In this document: in pieces, positions 10,548 to 20,417 of the stretch
Numbering within the stretch: position 1 is the stretch's first letter
Layout of the letters: the number at the start of each line of letters is the position of its first letter
DNA from: Candidatus Levybacteria bacterium GW2011_GWA1_37_16
Lineage (GTDB): Bacteria > Patescibacteriota > Microgenomatia > Levybacterales > UBA12049
Length of the DNA stretch: 64,000 nucleotides
Direction: 5' to 3'
NCBI GenBank assembly: GCA_943357985.1
Contig: CALRGR010000001.1
Location: 14,731 to 78,730, forward strand
Translations under genes and position numbers: made by a program
The notes under the pieces: generated by a model
What the model was told of the DNA's origin: nothing
Databases searched by the model: none
The model's input: the letters and a program-made list of their open reading frames with translations, nothing else

Positions 10548-12003
10548 AAATTTTTGCGTTCCCTATATTATTAACTTCCTTGTATTCCATAAGCGGAATT
10601 TGTAAAGGCGGAACATTTGGCATTGTTATTATAAATTTAGGTTTATTCTGCTCAATGCCTTTTCTTGTATTTTCTATGCCGTCCTTGTACCCTGTTATGT
10701 GATATGCAACTGCGTATCTTCCTGGAGGAAGTTTGCCTGTAAGCGCATAGACTTGTGCGTTATCCCCCCAAATAAAAATATTGTCGTTTTTGTTTGTATG
10801 CATCTTTATAAATTGAACAAGCTGATAATCCCTTGGAATATTCCTGTCAAAAAACGCTCGATACTGCGTAATGGATTTATTGGATGTGATAAATGAAATA
10901 AAATTCTGATAGTAGAAAACTGTTTTTCCATAATATCCAAAGTTTTTTAAAATTAAAATAAAACTTATGACAAAAATTAGAAGGGTAAATTTCCTAAGTT
11001 TTTGTTCTGCTGCAATAAGGCCAATAAAAAGACAGAAACTAGGTAAGAGCACCAAGAGATAATGTGTGTATGGGCGTCCGGAAAAGAATGCGTTAAAAAG
11101 AGAAAAGGCAAACCAAAGAGAAATAAAAATAAAAGTTCTTGAAAAATTAACCCTTTTGATAAAAAGAAAGAGTGTGCCCCCAAATAGAATAATTAGTTTT
11201 AATATAAGTAGCCCCTGGGGAATTATAAATTTATTTCCGTATCCGACATACCCTACATTTTGTAAAAAAGAAGCCTCGATAAAATCACCAATAGCGCCTC
11301 TAAATAGAAAGTATATAGCTGTGCCTAAGATAGGAAGAATAAACCCAATTAAAAAAGGAAAAAGATTCTTTGTTTCTTGAATCAGAAATTTTTTTACTTC
11401 TCTAAAGTTAGTAATTTTCAGGCTTTGAGGAGCACTTATAACAAGCAGAAATAGAAAAAAAGCAGCAAAATCAAAAATACCAACAATTTTAATTAAAAAT
11501 GCAAGAGACACCAGCAGCCCCGCAAGCAGTCTGTATCTTTGCGATTTAACAAGAATAAGTCCTGCCAAAATTAATGGAAGAAGCATAAAATTTTCTGAAT
11601 TTGCAATATTGCCTTCAAGAAGCGGAAGGCCAAAGAGAAGGGCAAATAACCCGGTTGTCCATAGTGTAATTTTAAACTTTTCTCTAAAAAGTTCCCTTGC
11701 AAGGGTATGAAACGCTATAACAGATGCAATTCCGAAAAGAAGAGAAACAAATCTTATAACAAATTGATCTGAGTTGAAAAATGCGTAAATAAGATAAAGA
11801 AGAGGAGGTTTGTTGTCCCAGATATCCGCATATAGAAGTCTTCCATTTCTTATGGCATATCCCAAGACCTGATATATTCCCTCATCTCCATACCAGTAAG
11901 GTTCAAAAAGTGAAGGAAGACGAAGTAAAAAAAAGAAAAATGAAGTAATGATAAGAAACCAAAAGCTAATACTTTGCTCAGCCTTTGATATGATTTTCAT
12001 CAT
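10531..12003 (-). CDS. GT-C fold membrane glycosyltransferase (ArnT/PMT, GT39/GT83-like)
   Basis: About 12 TM helices and the first-loop motif YWYGDEGIYQVLGYAIRNGRLLYADIWDNKPPL, which carries the DE and acidic residues typical of polyprenyl-phosphate-sugar-dependent GT-C enzymes. Confidence 0.65.
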   Translation of the reverse strand: MMKIISKAEQSISFWFLIITSFFFFLLRLPSLFEPYWYGDEGIYQVLGYAIRNGRLLYADIWDNKPPLLYLIYAFFNSDQFVIRFVSLLFGIASVIAFHTLARELFREKFKITLWTTGLFALLFGLPLLEGNIANSENFMLLPLILAGLILVKSQRYRLLAGLLVSLAFLIKIVGIFDFAAFFLFLLVISAPQSLKITNFREVKKFLIQETKNLFPFLIGFILPILGTAIYFLFRGAIGDFIEASFLQNVGYVGYGNKFIIPQGLLILKLIILFGGTLFLFIKRVNFSRTFIFISLWFAFSLFNAFFSGRPYTHYLLVLLPSFCLFIGLIAAEQKLRKFTLLIFVISFILILKNFGYYGKTVFYYQNFISFITSNKSITQYRAFFDRNIPRDYQLVQFIKMHTNKNDNIFIWGDNAQVYALTGKLPPGRYAVAYHITGYKDGIENTRKGIEQNKPKFIITMPNVPPLQIPLMEYKEVNNIGNAKIYERVF

Positions 12004-13511
12004 AGTTTTTCCGTTACCTTATATTCTAACCTTTTTCCAAACATAAGTTGTGTGTGAGAAATAAGAGCTGGCAGTGTTGAAAGGAAAAATCCTGCAATCG
12101 GAAGAAGTATAAATTCAAGGGGGAAAAGGATGTGTCTTAAAAGAGATGCCTTTGCGTATTTTGGTCTGTGCTTGTAGTCAATAAGAACCATTGCAAAAAG
12201 CGCTAGAAGACACGAGGTTAGAATTATTCCTGCAATGCTTGAAAGTCTGTAACCCAAGGCAGTTCTTGAAAAAACCGGATTGACTAACGTTGTAACGTTT
12301 GCGGCAATTGTAATTATGAACCAGTTAACAGGCCATAGGAAATGATCAAGTAAAACATTGTAAAGCATTATTGTTTTTCTGATAAATGGAACGCCCGGTA
12401 CTGTAAACCACCACTTAATAAATAAAGGATCATCCGATACTCCCCATGACCAGCGTCTTTCTTGCTCATATTTATTTGCAAGAGTTTTTAAAAAGCTTGA
12501 GGATTTTGGAGAGTCCATAGACGTTCTTAAAAATATAGGGTCAACCCAACACTCTCCTTTTAGTTTGTAGAAGGCCTTAAAGAATATTCTGTAATCTTCC
12601 GGAATTACATCTGTATCCCAAAACCCAATATTTTTAAGAAGTTTAAAAGAAAGAGAGTATGTTGAATTTGCTACCATTCGGTCGCCTTGAATAAGAAGCG
12701 CGGTTCTGTGCAGGCTTCCAAAAAAAGCAATAACTCTAACAGGAGCAGGAACGCTCCAGAAATTATTGTAGTGAACATTTGCCGACTGCCAGAATTTATG
12801 ATAGCGCTTTGGATCATTTAAGAATTTATATGTAAGATATGCAAAATATTGCTTGTCAAAAATAGAGTCAGCATCAACAGAGGAGATTGTGGCAAAGTCA
12901 AGATCGATAATATTCTCTCTAACTAGTTTTTGATATGCGGCTTTTCCTGCAAATGCCTCATTTGAGGATTTGCCTTTTACTTCGCCTTCTATATCCGGAT
13001 GAAATGTTGAAAATATTATGCCGAATTCTTTTGCAAACTCGCGGGTTAAAATATCTGCTTTTTCTCTTGCGCCATTTTCTCTTTTTTCCATTCCCAGAAC
13101 TACATAAATACGTTTAGCAGGAAAAGTCTGAGAAGCAATGTGCTCCAAAGTCTTTCTTAGTTTCTCTAAAGTTTCTTTATAGTTTGGAATAACTACAACA
13201 TGAGTTACCTTTTTAAAATCATTATTTTCTTGTCCAAGTTTTACCCAATCTAATTTCTCTGCTCTTTTAATTCTGGTCGAAGCAATGTAGGCAGTAATTG
13301 CCAAAGAGAAAGATTTATAAAGCCAGTAGACATCAAAAAACAAAATAAAGTAAGCAAGGGTATATGGGATAAATAAAGATCCCCAAATTGGGAAGAAGAT
13401 TAATGTCCATGATACAAAGCCCGGTAGAATTTCAAGAGCCCTCTTTGTCTTTATAGGGTATCTTGAGAAAACTTTGTCAAAAAATGTAGTCATAAAATTA
13501 GCGACTAGCAA
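12000..13511 (-). CDS. Membrane-bound family 2 glycosyltransferase (GT-A fold with flanking TM segments)
   Basis: VVIPNYKETLEKLRKTLEHIASQ (the GT2 N-terminal Rossmann start) and an SVDADS (DxD-like) motif. There are N- and C-terminal TM helices. Confidence 0.55.
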   Translation of the reverse strand: MLVANFMTTFFDKVFSRYPIKTKRALEILPGFVSWTLIFFPIWGSLFIPYTLAYFILFFDVYWLYKSFSLAITAYIASTRIKRAEKLDWVKLGQENNDFKKVTHVVVIPNYKETLEKLRKTLEHIASQTFPAKRIYVVLGMEKRENGAREKADILTREFAKEFGIIFSTFHPDIEGEVKGKSSNEAFAGKAAYQKLVRENIIDLDFATISSVDADSIFDKQYFAYLTYKFLNDPKRYHKFWQSANVHYNNFWSVPAPVRVIAFFGSLHRTALLIQGDRMVANSTYSLSFKLLKNIGFWDTDVIPEDYRIFFKAFYKLKGECWVDPIFLRTSMDSPKSSSFLKTLANKYEQERRWSWGVSDDPLFIKWWFTVPGVPFIRKTIMLYNVLLDHFLWPVNWFIITIAANVTTLVNPVFSRTALGYRLSSIAGIILTSCLLALFAMVLIDYKHRPKYAKASLLRHILFPLEFILLPIAGFFLSTLPALISHTQLMFGKRLEYKVTEKL

Positions 13512-14342
13512 CTAGTGATTAGCGTTTAGTTTGAAGATATTACTCGCGTTCTCACTCGTTATTTTAGTAATCTTTTCAAAAGGAATGCCTTTTGTCTGTG
13601 CGATAAACCTAGCTACTATTATAACATGGGAGGGTTCATTTCTGCTACCACGGTGGGGCAAGGGGGTTAAAAACGGACTATCTGTTTCTGTGACAATCCG
13701 TTCTATTGGGGTATATTTAACCAACTCGGAAAGCTGCGTAATTTCGCCCGGTGCTAGTCCTGGATAAGTGATATTTCCGTCAAAACCCACATAAAATCCA
13801 AGCTCGAGAACTTCTTTTAGGAAATCCAAATTGCCTGACATGCAGTGGAACATTCCTGGAATTTTGAGAAGTTCGGATTTGTGTTGTTTGAGTATTTCGA
13901 TAATGTCCATTCCTGCATGGCGATTGTGGATTTGAAGAGGAAGCTTAAGTTTATGTGCAAGTTCTATTTGGGCAACAAATGCATCAACTTGCACTTTTTT
14001 ATCCACAATTCCATTTGATTTATAAGAATAATAATCAAGGCCGATTTCTCCAATTCCAACAACTTTTTCATCTTTTGCAATTTTTTCAAGCTCCGTTAGC
14101 CAATCTTTTTGTATTTCTCCTTCAAATTCTACGTCTGTTTTATCTGCATGGTGGGGATGGACTCCGACAATTGCATATATGTTTGGAAACTTGTGAGCAA
14201 GCTCAACTGCCCGTCTACTTGACGGAATGCTTGTTCCAACATTTATAATTTTTGTAACCCCAGAATCGAAAGCCCGATTTGCAACTTCTTCCCAGTCACT
14301 ATCGAATGCGTGTAAATTTAAATGACAATGCACATCAACCAT
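13512..14342 (-). CDS. tatD: TatD-family metal-dependent DNase/hydrolase
   Basis: MVDVHCHLNLHAFDSDWEEVANRAFDSGV...VGVHPHHA...GEIGLDYY are the TatD signature motifs. Confidence 0.85.
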   Translation of the reverse strand: MVDVHCHLNLHAFDSDWEEVANRAFDSGVTKIINVGTSIPSSRRAVELAHKFPNIYAIVGVHPHHADKTDVEFEGEIQKDWLTELEKIAKDEKVVGIGEIGLDYYSYKSNGIVDKKVQVDAFVAQIELAHKLKLPLQIHNRHAGMDIIEILKQHKSELLKIPGMFHCMSGNLDFLKEVLELGFYVGFDGNITYPGLAPGEITQLSELVKYTPIERIVTETDSPFLTPLPHRGSRNEPSHVIIVARFIAQTKGIPFEKITKITSENASNIFKLNANH

Positions 14343-14357
14343 ATTTTTAGATTAGAA

Positions 14358-15797
14358 CTAATTTATTCTTGGAAAAAGGGGAGCAGAGCTTTTTATTTTT
14401 TCTCCTTTGAATTGTTCCTCAATTTTATTAGCAGTTTCAGGTAAAAACGGTTCAAGTAGTGCTGCAATTTCTTGAATTTGGTCAACCGCGTGAGCCAGAA
14501 CTGATTTTAATTTTGAATTTCCTGTGCTAAGTGCCCAAGGTTTCTCTTCATTAATATATTTATCAAGATTCGTAATTTTTGTCCAAACAAAGGCAAGAGC
14601 GTCGTTGAATTTGAACTCGGAAAGAGCCTGCGAATATCCTTCAACTTCTATTAAATGTACAGAGGTATCATTTTCAGGAACCCGTTGAGAGTAGTTTGAG
14701 TTTTCGCAAAGTTTTGCCACCCTTGCTATTAAATTTCCCAATCCATTTGCCAAGTCTGAATTATAAGCCTGCTTTATTTTTTCCTCAGAAATATCACTAT
14801 CCTCTGTAATGTTTGTGTATCTTAAAAGATAATAGCGGACACCATCTGCTCCATATTTTTTAACCAAATCTGAAGGTCTGATTACATTGCCCAAAGACTT
14901 GCTTATTTTCTGACCGTTTATATTAAGAAAGCCGTTTACCAAAATTGTTTTTGGCAGTTCTATATTTGCAGCTTTTAGCATTGCCGGCCACAAAAGTGCG
15001 TGCCAACGGAGATTATCTTTTCCTAATATATGAATATCCGCGGGCCAAAATTTTTCGAATAGCTTTTTATCTTTCAAAAATCCAACTCCTGTTAAATAAT
15101 TTGCCAGTGCGTCAAACCAAACGTAAACAACTTGCTCTTTATCTTCAGGAACTGGAACTCCCCAAGTAAAATCTTTTCTTGAAATTGGAATATCCGTAAT
15201 ATTCTTTGCAAACTCGAGCATTTCATTTGCTCTGTAGCTTGGGAAAATAAAATCTTTGTTGTCTTTTATGTGTTTTATCAGAAAATCTTTATAGTCAGAC
15301 CATTTGAAAAAGTAATTTTTCTCGGTTACTTTCTTTATCTCTCCATTTGGGTGAATTGGGCATTTCCCGTCAACCAATTCATTCTGATTATAATAAGCTT
15401 CACATCCCTCGCAATAAAGGCCGGTGTATTCCCCGGGGTAAATTTTGCCGGCATCTTTAACTCTATTCCAGATTTCTTCAACTACTTTTGTATGATCTTT
15501 GTCGGTTGTTCTAATAAAACGGTCGTAGGAAATATTAAGAGCGTCTTGTTCCTTTTGGTCTGAATCAGAAATTTTCTTTACAAACTCGGAAGAAGAAATA
15601 CCTGCTTTATCTGCGGCTTGCTCTGCCTTTTTGCCATATTCATCCGTACCTGTTAAGAAAAAAACATTTTCTTTTCCAAGAATAGTTCTTTGGTAGCGGG
15701 CCAAAACATCGGCTGCAACTTTCTGAAAGGCGTGCCCAATATGAATAGTGTCATTGACATAATCAATAGCTGTTGTAATATAAAATTTGTTATTCAT
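14358..15797 (-). CDS. metG: Methionyl-tRNA synthetase (short form)
   Basis: A HIGH-region block (DYVNDTIHIGHAF), zinc-knuckle cysteines (CEGCEAYY...CPIHP) and KISKSLGN (KMSKS). Confidence 0.9.
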   Translation of the reverse strand: MNNKFYITTAIDYVNDTIHIGHAFQKVAADVLARYQRTILGKENVFFLTGTDEYGKKAEQAADKAGISSSEFVKKISDSDQKEQDALNISYDRFIRTTDKDHTKVVEEIWNRVKDAGKIYPGEYTGLYCEGCEAYYNQNELVDGKCPIHPNGEIKKVTEKNYFFKWSDYKDFLIKHIKDNKDFIFPSYRANEMLEFAKNITDIPISRKDFTWGVPVPEDKEQVVYVWFDALANYLTGVGFLKDKKLFEKFWPADIHILGKDNLRWHALLWPAMLKAANIELPKTILVNGFLNINGQKISKSLGNVIRPSDLVKKYGADGVRYYLLRYTNITEDSDISEEKIKQAYNSDLANGLGNLIARVAKLCENSNYSQRVPENDTSVHLIEVEGYSQALSEFKFNDALAFVWTKITNLDKYINEEKPWALSTGNSKLKSVLAHAVDQIQEIAALLEPFLPETANKIEEQFKGEKIKSSAPLFPRIN

Positions 15798-15856
15798 GCA
15801 GCCATTTTAACAGAGAGCAGCTACCTTTCGCAAAGATTCGAAATACCTTTAATTCA

Positions 15857-15878
15857 ATGGTTCAAACTATTGAACCAT
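15857..15878. promoter_or_regulatory. Perfect 9-bp-arm palindrome ATGGTTCAA-N4-TTGAACCAT immediately upstream of metG (minus strand)
   Basis: Read directly from the sequence. It lies 60 nt upstream of the metG start and is a candidate operator or attenuator. Confidence 0.35.
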
Positions 15879-15889
15879 ACATAATAAAT

Positions 15890-16198
15890 TTAGTTGCGTT
15901 TGAAAAATAAATACAAGGTTATGAAAAGAATTATAAAAAGCAGAAGGAAAAATGGTTGTTTAAGCCCCAAGGTTCGTACTACTAAATAAGATACAACGGA
16001 AACGCTGATTAGAGTTGCCTGAATATTGCTTTTGAGAGTAAATTCTGCAAAGAACCAGAGAGAGAAAAAAAGCAAAGAGAAAAAGGCGATAGCGGGAATG
16101 TCTAGGCTCGGCGGAAAGTTCAGTGCGACATAAATAAATCCACTAAAAAACAATATCCCAAGTATTAACTGCCACAACTTTCTTTTTTCATTCCTCAC
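15890..16198 (-). CDS. Small hypothetical membrane protein (3 TM)
   Basis: 102-aa hydrophobic ORF with no recognisable motif. Confidence 0.35.
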   Translation of the reverse strand: MRNEKRKLWQLILGILFFSGFIYVALNFPPSLDIPAIAFFSLLFFSLWFFAEFTLKSNIQATLISVSVVSYLVVRTLGLKQPFFLLLFIILFITLYLFFKRN

Positions 16199-16297
16199 AA
16201 TTTAAGTTTAACACTTTTAATCTATTCCCTCCAAAGGCGGGCAGGCATGCTGCGATTTCAGAGGGCTCTTCGTCGTAAATTTATTAAAATTTGACCC

Positions 16298-16334
16298 TTG
16301 ACAAATGTTAGCAGTCATAATACAATACTGCTAA
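16298..16334 (+). promoter_or_regulatory. hrcA promoter (TTGACA 16298-16303, 17 nt, TACAAT 16321-16326) overlapped by a CIRCE-like operator TTAGCAGTC-N9-TACTGCTAA (16308-16334)
   Basis: The inverted repeat has CIRCE geometry (9-N9-9, consensus TTAGCACTC-N9-GAGTGCTAA). It sits upstream of hrcA-grpE-dnaK, the classic HrcA regulon arrangement. Confidence 0.75.
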
Positions 16335-16348
16335 TCTCGAAATAGTCT

Positions 16349-17077
16349 ATGCATGATTTAACTCAAAGGCAAGTTGAAATACTTAAGAGTTTGATTGAAG
16401 AATATATAGAAACCGCAGAGCCTGTTGGTTCTGAAACGCTTGAGAAAAAGCACAATCTTAGTGCATCTCCCGCAACTATTAGAAATGAAATGGTAAAGCT
16501 CACAGATTTGGGGTATCTTAAAAAGCCCCATGCTTCTGCAGGCCGTGTTCCAACATCCGAGGGAATGCAATTTTATGTAAAGCAACTTATGAGAGAGAAA
16601 GAACTTTCCGTTGTCGAAGAAGTTGCCATGAGAGAAAAAGTTTGGGATTACAGAGAAAGATCAGACAGATTTCTTAGAGCTTTGGTAAAGTCTTTAGCAG
16701 ATAGAACAAAAGCTTTGGCAATTGCCACAACTGAGGACGGAGACGTATATATATCAGGATACGCGAATATTTTAGATATGCCGGAGTTTTTTGATATTGA
16801 CGTGACAAAAAATTTACTTGAAACACTTGATGAATTGGGAGTAATTCAAAGCATTTTCGCAGGAGTTATAGGAGATGAAACTATACATATTCTTTTGGGA
16901 GACGAATTAGGCCCAAGACTAAAAGGACCTTACGGATGTGTCTTTGCAAATTATAAATCACCAAAGCATGCAGGGGAAATTGGAGTTATAGGACCTTCCC
17001 GTCTAAATTATACTAATATTGTGCCAACGGTTAGATATTTTGGAGATTTAACATCTGAAATTGCACTAGGATGGTAG
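16349..17077 (+). CDS. hrcA: Heat-inducible transcription repressor HrcA
   Basis: LTQRQVEILKSLIEEYIETAEPVGSETL...SASPATIRNEMVKLTDLGYLKKPHASAGRVPT is a canonical HrcA N-terminus. Confidence 0.9.
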   Translation: MHDLTQRQVEILKSLIEEYIETAEPVGSETLEKKHNLSASPATIRNEMVKLTDLGYLKKPHASAGRVPTSEGMQFYVKQLMREKELSVVEEVAMREKVWDYRERSDRFLRALVKSLADRTKALAIATTEDGDVYISGYANILDMPEFFDIDVTKNLLETLDELGVIQSIFAGVIGDETIHILLGDELGPRLKGPYGCVFANYKSPKHAGEIGVIGPSRLNYTNIVPTVRYFGDLTSEIALGW

Positions 17078-17083
17078 ATTGGT

Positions 17084-17110
17084 AATTAAGAATTAAGAAT
17101 TAAGAATTGA
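17084..17110. repeat. Tandem heptamer AATTAAG x3.7 in the hrcA-grpE spacer
   Basis: Read directly from the sequence. It places a TAA stop in all three forward frames. Confidence 0.8.
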
Positions 17111-17118
17111 AAACAGAG

Positions 17119-17595
17119 ATGGCAAAGAAACAAACAAAAAAAATAGATGAGTCGCAAAAGAAAATTATAGAGCTTGAAGAGCAGGTTAAGAGAAGTTTGG
17201 CGGATTATCAGAACCTTGAAAAAAGAACGGCAGAAGAAAGAGGAAGTTGGATAAAAAAAGCAAATAAGGATTTAGTTTTAAGACTCTTGCCGGTTTTAGA
17301 TACATTAATGCTTGCAAATGCGCACGTACAAAATGAAGGTTTGATGTTGAGCATTAAACAATTTTTAGATATATTAAGAAATGAGGGAATTGAAAAAATA
17401 GAAACAGAAGGGCAGCTTTTTGACCCTGTGACAATGGAAGGAGTAGGCTTTGTAGAAGGAAACCCTTCGACAGGCTCAGGGCCATGGGAAGGAAAAGTAG
17501 TTAATGAAATAAGAGCAGGATTCAGATATAATGGTGAAGCAGTGTTAAGACCGGCACAAGTCCTTGTTGGTTCTGCAAAGCAGAACACAAATTGA
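17119..17595 (+). CDS. grpE: Nucleotide exchange factor GrpE
   Basis: LEEQVKRSLADYQNLEKRTAEERGSWIKKANKDLVLRLLPVLDTL is the GrpE coiled-coil/four-helix region. The ATG at 17119 is preferred over the TTG at 17107. Confidence 0.9.
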   Translation: MAKKQTKKIDESQKKIIELEEQVKRSLADYQNLEKRTAEERGSWIKKANKDLVLRLLPVLDTLMLANAHVQNEGLMLSIKQFLDILRNEGIEKIETEGQLFDPVTMEGVGFVEGNPSTGSGPWEGKVVNEIRAGFRYNGEAVLRPAQVLVGSAKQNTN

Positions 17596-17633
17596 CCATT
17601 TACTATTGACGATTGACTAATTAAATTAAAATT

Positions 17634-19574
17634 ATGGGAAAAATAATAGGAATAGATTTAGGAACAACAAATAGTGCAGTAGCTGTTATGGAGGGTGGAT
17701 CACCAAAAGTTATTCACTCTGCAGAAGGTCGTAATGTAATCCCATCTGTTGTTGACCCGATTTCTCATATTGTGGGAGATGTTGCAAAAAGACAATTAAT
17801 ATTAAAGCCTAAAACAACCATTTTTTCCATAAAGAGACTTATGGGAAAAAGATTTAAAGACGAGTCAGTTCAAAGGGACATGAAATGGCTTCCTTACACA
17901 GTTAAATCAGGTAGGGATGGAATGGCTGTTGTTGAAGTTGATGGAAAAACTCTTACTCCTCAGGAAGTATCAGCGGTAATTTTGCAAAAAATTAAAGCAG
18001 ATGCAGAAAGCTATCTTGGCGGAAAAGTAACACAGGCTGTAATTACAGTCCCTGCATATTTTGATGATTCACAAAGACAGGCTACGAAACAGGCAGGAGA
18101 AATTGCAGGCTTGGAAGTTCTGCGTATTATAAATGAACCGACAGCCGCAGCTTTGGCTTACGGACTTGATAAGAAAAATGCTCACACAATTGCAGTTTAT
18201 GATTTGGGTGGAGGAACTTTTGATATCTCAATTTTGGAGCTTGGAGAAGGAGTTTATGAAGTAAAGTCAACAAACGGAGATACACATTTGGGAGGAGATG
18301 ATTTTGATCAGGCAATTATTGGTTACCTTGCAGACGAGTTCAAAAAAGAAAATGATGTAGATTTAAGACGCGACCCACAGGCACTTCAAAGGCTACGTGA
18401 ATCTGCTGAAAAAGCAAAAATAGAATTGTCAACTTCGCAGGAAGCAGAAATTAACCAACCGTTTATAACTCAAGGAGCAAGTGGACCGCTTCATTTGACC
18501 ATGAAGTTAACCCGTTCAAAGATGGAGCAGATAGTTGATGATCTAATTGCCAAAACGATAAAGCCGGTTGAGCTGGCCTTAAAAGACGCAAAGTTAAAAG
18601 CAACTGATATTGATGAAGTGGTTTTAGTTGGTGGAATGACAAGGGTGCCAAAGATTGTTGAGGTAGTTACTAAATTCTTTGGTAAAGAGGTTAATAAGTC
18701 TGTTAATCCGGATGAAGTTGTTGCAATTGGAGCAGCAATTCAGGGCGGAGTTTTGGGCGGAGAAGTAAAAGATGTTTTGCTTTTGGACGTAACACCGCTA
18801 ACTTTGGGGCTTGAGACTTTGGGTGGAGTTTCAACACCTCTTATTGAAAGAAATACAACAATTCCAACCTCAAAATCTCAGATTTTCTCAACTGCTGCAG
18901 AGAATCAAACCCAAGTTGAAATAAATGTTTTGCAGGGAGAGCGTTCAATGGCAGCAGATAATAAGTCACTCGGACGTTTTGCATTAGACGGAATTCCACC
19001 TGCTCCAAGAGGAGTCCCGCAAGTTGAAGTTACATTTGATATTGATGCAAGCGGAATACTTTCTGTTAAGGCGGCAGATAAAGCAACGGGAAAAGAACAG
19101 AGCATTAAGATTACAGGTTCAACTGGACTTTCAAAAGAAGAAGTTGAAAAAATGCAAAAAGATGCAGAAGTTCATGCAACAGAAGATGCAGAGAAAAAAG
19201 AAAAAGTTGAAGTTAGAAACATGGCCGATTCTCTTATATTTACAGCAGAAAAAACCTTGAAAGATGCCGGAGACCTTTCGACAGGCTCAGGGCAAGTAAA
19301 GATTTCGGAAGAAGATAAAAAAGAGGTTGAAGAAAAAATTGCTGTACTTAAGTCAATTCTCGACACCGGCTCTAAGGAAGATTTGGAAACAAAAACTAAA
19401 GAACTATCGGACGCTTTACAAAAAGTAGGAGCGGCAATGTCCAGTCAAGGACAACAGTCAACTTCTAACGAACAACAATCAACGGAGGACAGCTCGGAAG
19501 AAAAATCCTCCTCCGATAAAGCTTCGGAGGACAAGAAGGACGAAGAGCCCGTTGAAGGAGAAGTAGTTAATTAG
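17634..19574 (+). CDS. dnaK: Chaperone DnaK (Hsp70)
   Basis: [22 protein letters not shown]...[12 protein letters not shown]...[18 protein letters not shown] are canonical Hsp70 motifs. Confidence 0.97.
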   Translation: MGKIIGIDLGTTNSAVAVMEGGSPKVIHSAEGRNVIPSVVDPISHIVGDVAKRQLILKPKTTIFSIKRLMGKRFKDESVQRDMKWLPYTVKSGRDGMAVVEVDGKTLTPQEVSAVILQKIKADAESYLGGKVTQAVITVPAYFDDSQRQATKQAGEIAGLEVLRIINEPTAAALAYGLDKKNAHTIAVYDLGGGTFDISILELGEGVYEVKSTNGDTHLGGDDFDQAIIGYLADEFKKENDVDLRRDPQALQRLRESAEKAKIELSTSQEAEINQPFITQGASGPLHLTMKLTRSKMEQIVDDLIAKTIKPVELALKDAKLKATDIDEVVLVGGMTRVPKIVEVVTKFFGKEVNKSVNPDEVVAIGAAIQGGVLGGEVKDVLLLDVTPLTLGLETLGGVSTPLIERNTTIPTSKSQIFSTAAENQTQVEINVLQGERSMAADNKSLGRFALDGIPPAPRGVPQVEVTFDIDASGILSVKAADKATGKEQSIKITGSTGLSKEEVEKMQKDAEVHATEDAEKKEKVEVRNMADSLIFTAEKTLKDAGDLSTGSGQVKISEEDKKEVEEKIAVLKSILDTGSKEDLETKTKELSDALQKVGAAMSSQGQQSTSNEQQSTEDSSEEKSSSDKASEDKKDEEPVEGEVVN

Positions 19575-19607
19575 CGGATAGAGATTAGCGTATAGCGTAT
19601 AGTTTTG

Positions 19608-19627
19608 AGCGCGAAAGCGCTTTTTTA
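19608..19627 (+). terminator. Rho-independent terminator after dnaK (AGCGC-GAAA-GCGCT followed by T6)
   Basis: GC stem with a GAAA tetraloop and a U-tract, read from the sequence. Confidence 0.7.
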
Positions 19628-19640
19628 GTATAATATAACT

Positions 19641-20414
19641 ATGTTAGAACAAGGATTTTGGAAAATAGACCCACATGCCCATTCGATAAGGAGCGATGGA
19701 AGCATATCTCTAGTCGAACGCGCAACATTGGCTTACCAAGCAGGACTTGATGGATATGGAGAAACAGACCATGATGTTTGGGCAAGAGATGAAGAGCCAT
19801 ACGATGAACTAATCCCTCGCCTAAAAGGAGTAGAGGTCACAACAGGAATGGGGCACTTATTGGTATATGCGCCAAAAGGAACAGACCCAAAAAAAATTCC
19901 AATGGGATACTCTTTGGTAGAAACAGTTAGGAGAGTTCAGGGGGAGGGATACAAAGTAATAGTTCCTCATATGAATTTTGGCCCAATTCCTGCATCAGTG
20001 TCATTGAATGCCCTAAGAAGGTTATATGACGCCGGCTATTCTGTTAATGGGATTGAAGCAGAACATACTTTTTATACAAAAAAACATAGATCAAAAGCTA
20101 AAAGTGTAGCAAGAGAATTTAATATTGCAGAAGTTGGCACAGGAGATGATCATACAGGAAACATTGGAAGACGGTTTTATACTCTCATCCCGTGCGTTTC
20201 TAATGATCCAATTGCTGATTTTTATTTATCGCTTGAAAACAGAACAAGTGTACCAATTAAATCCGAATTAGATTTATTGCCTACGCCTTCTGGAAAAAAC
20301 GCCTTTCGTCATATTCGCGCGCTTTTTGTAGGATTACCAGCGAAAGTAATTTGTTTACCACGTTTTGCTCATACAGTAGCTCAATATTATATGGAGGAAT
20401 TACGAAGGAGATAA
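19641..20414 (+). CDS. PHP-domain (polymerase/histidinol-phosphatase family) metal-dependent phosphoesterase
   Basis: WKIDPHAHSIRSDGS...GYGETDHD His/Asp motifs are typical of PHP domains. The gene is inserted between dnaK and the dnaJ-like gene. Confidence 0.6.
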   Translation: MLEQGFWKIDPHAHSIRSDGSISLVERATLAYQAGLDGYGETDHDVWARDEEPYDELIPRLKGVEVTTGMGHLLVYAPKGTDPKKIPMGYSLVETVRRVQGEGYKVIVPHMNFGPIPASVSLNALRRLYDAGYSVNGIEAEHTFYTKKHRSKAKSVAREFNIAEVGTGDDHTGNIGRRFYTLIPCVSNDPIADFYLSLENRTSVPIKSELDLLPTPSGKNAFRHIRALFVGLPAKVICLPRFAHTVAQYYMEELRRR

Positions 20415-20417
20415 CCT

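Noticed and set aside
17084-17110. Short tandem repeats (AATTAAG x3.7, CAAAAGT x4.7, AAATTATAAATT x2) as possible CRISPR arrays
   Set aside because: The units are 7-12 nt with no spacers and no cas genes. They are simple tandem repeats, not CRISPR.
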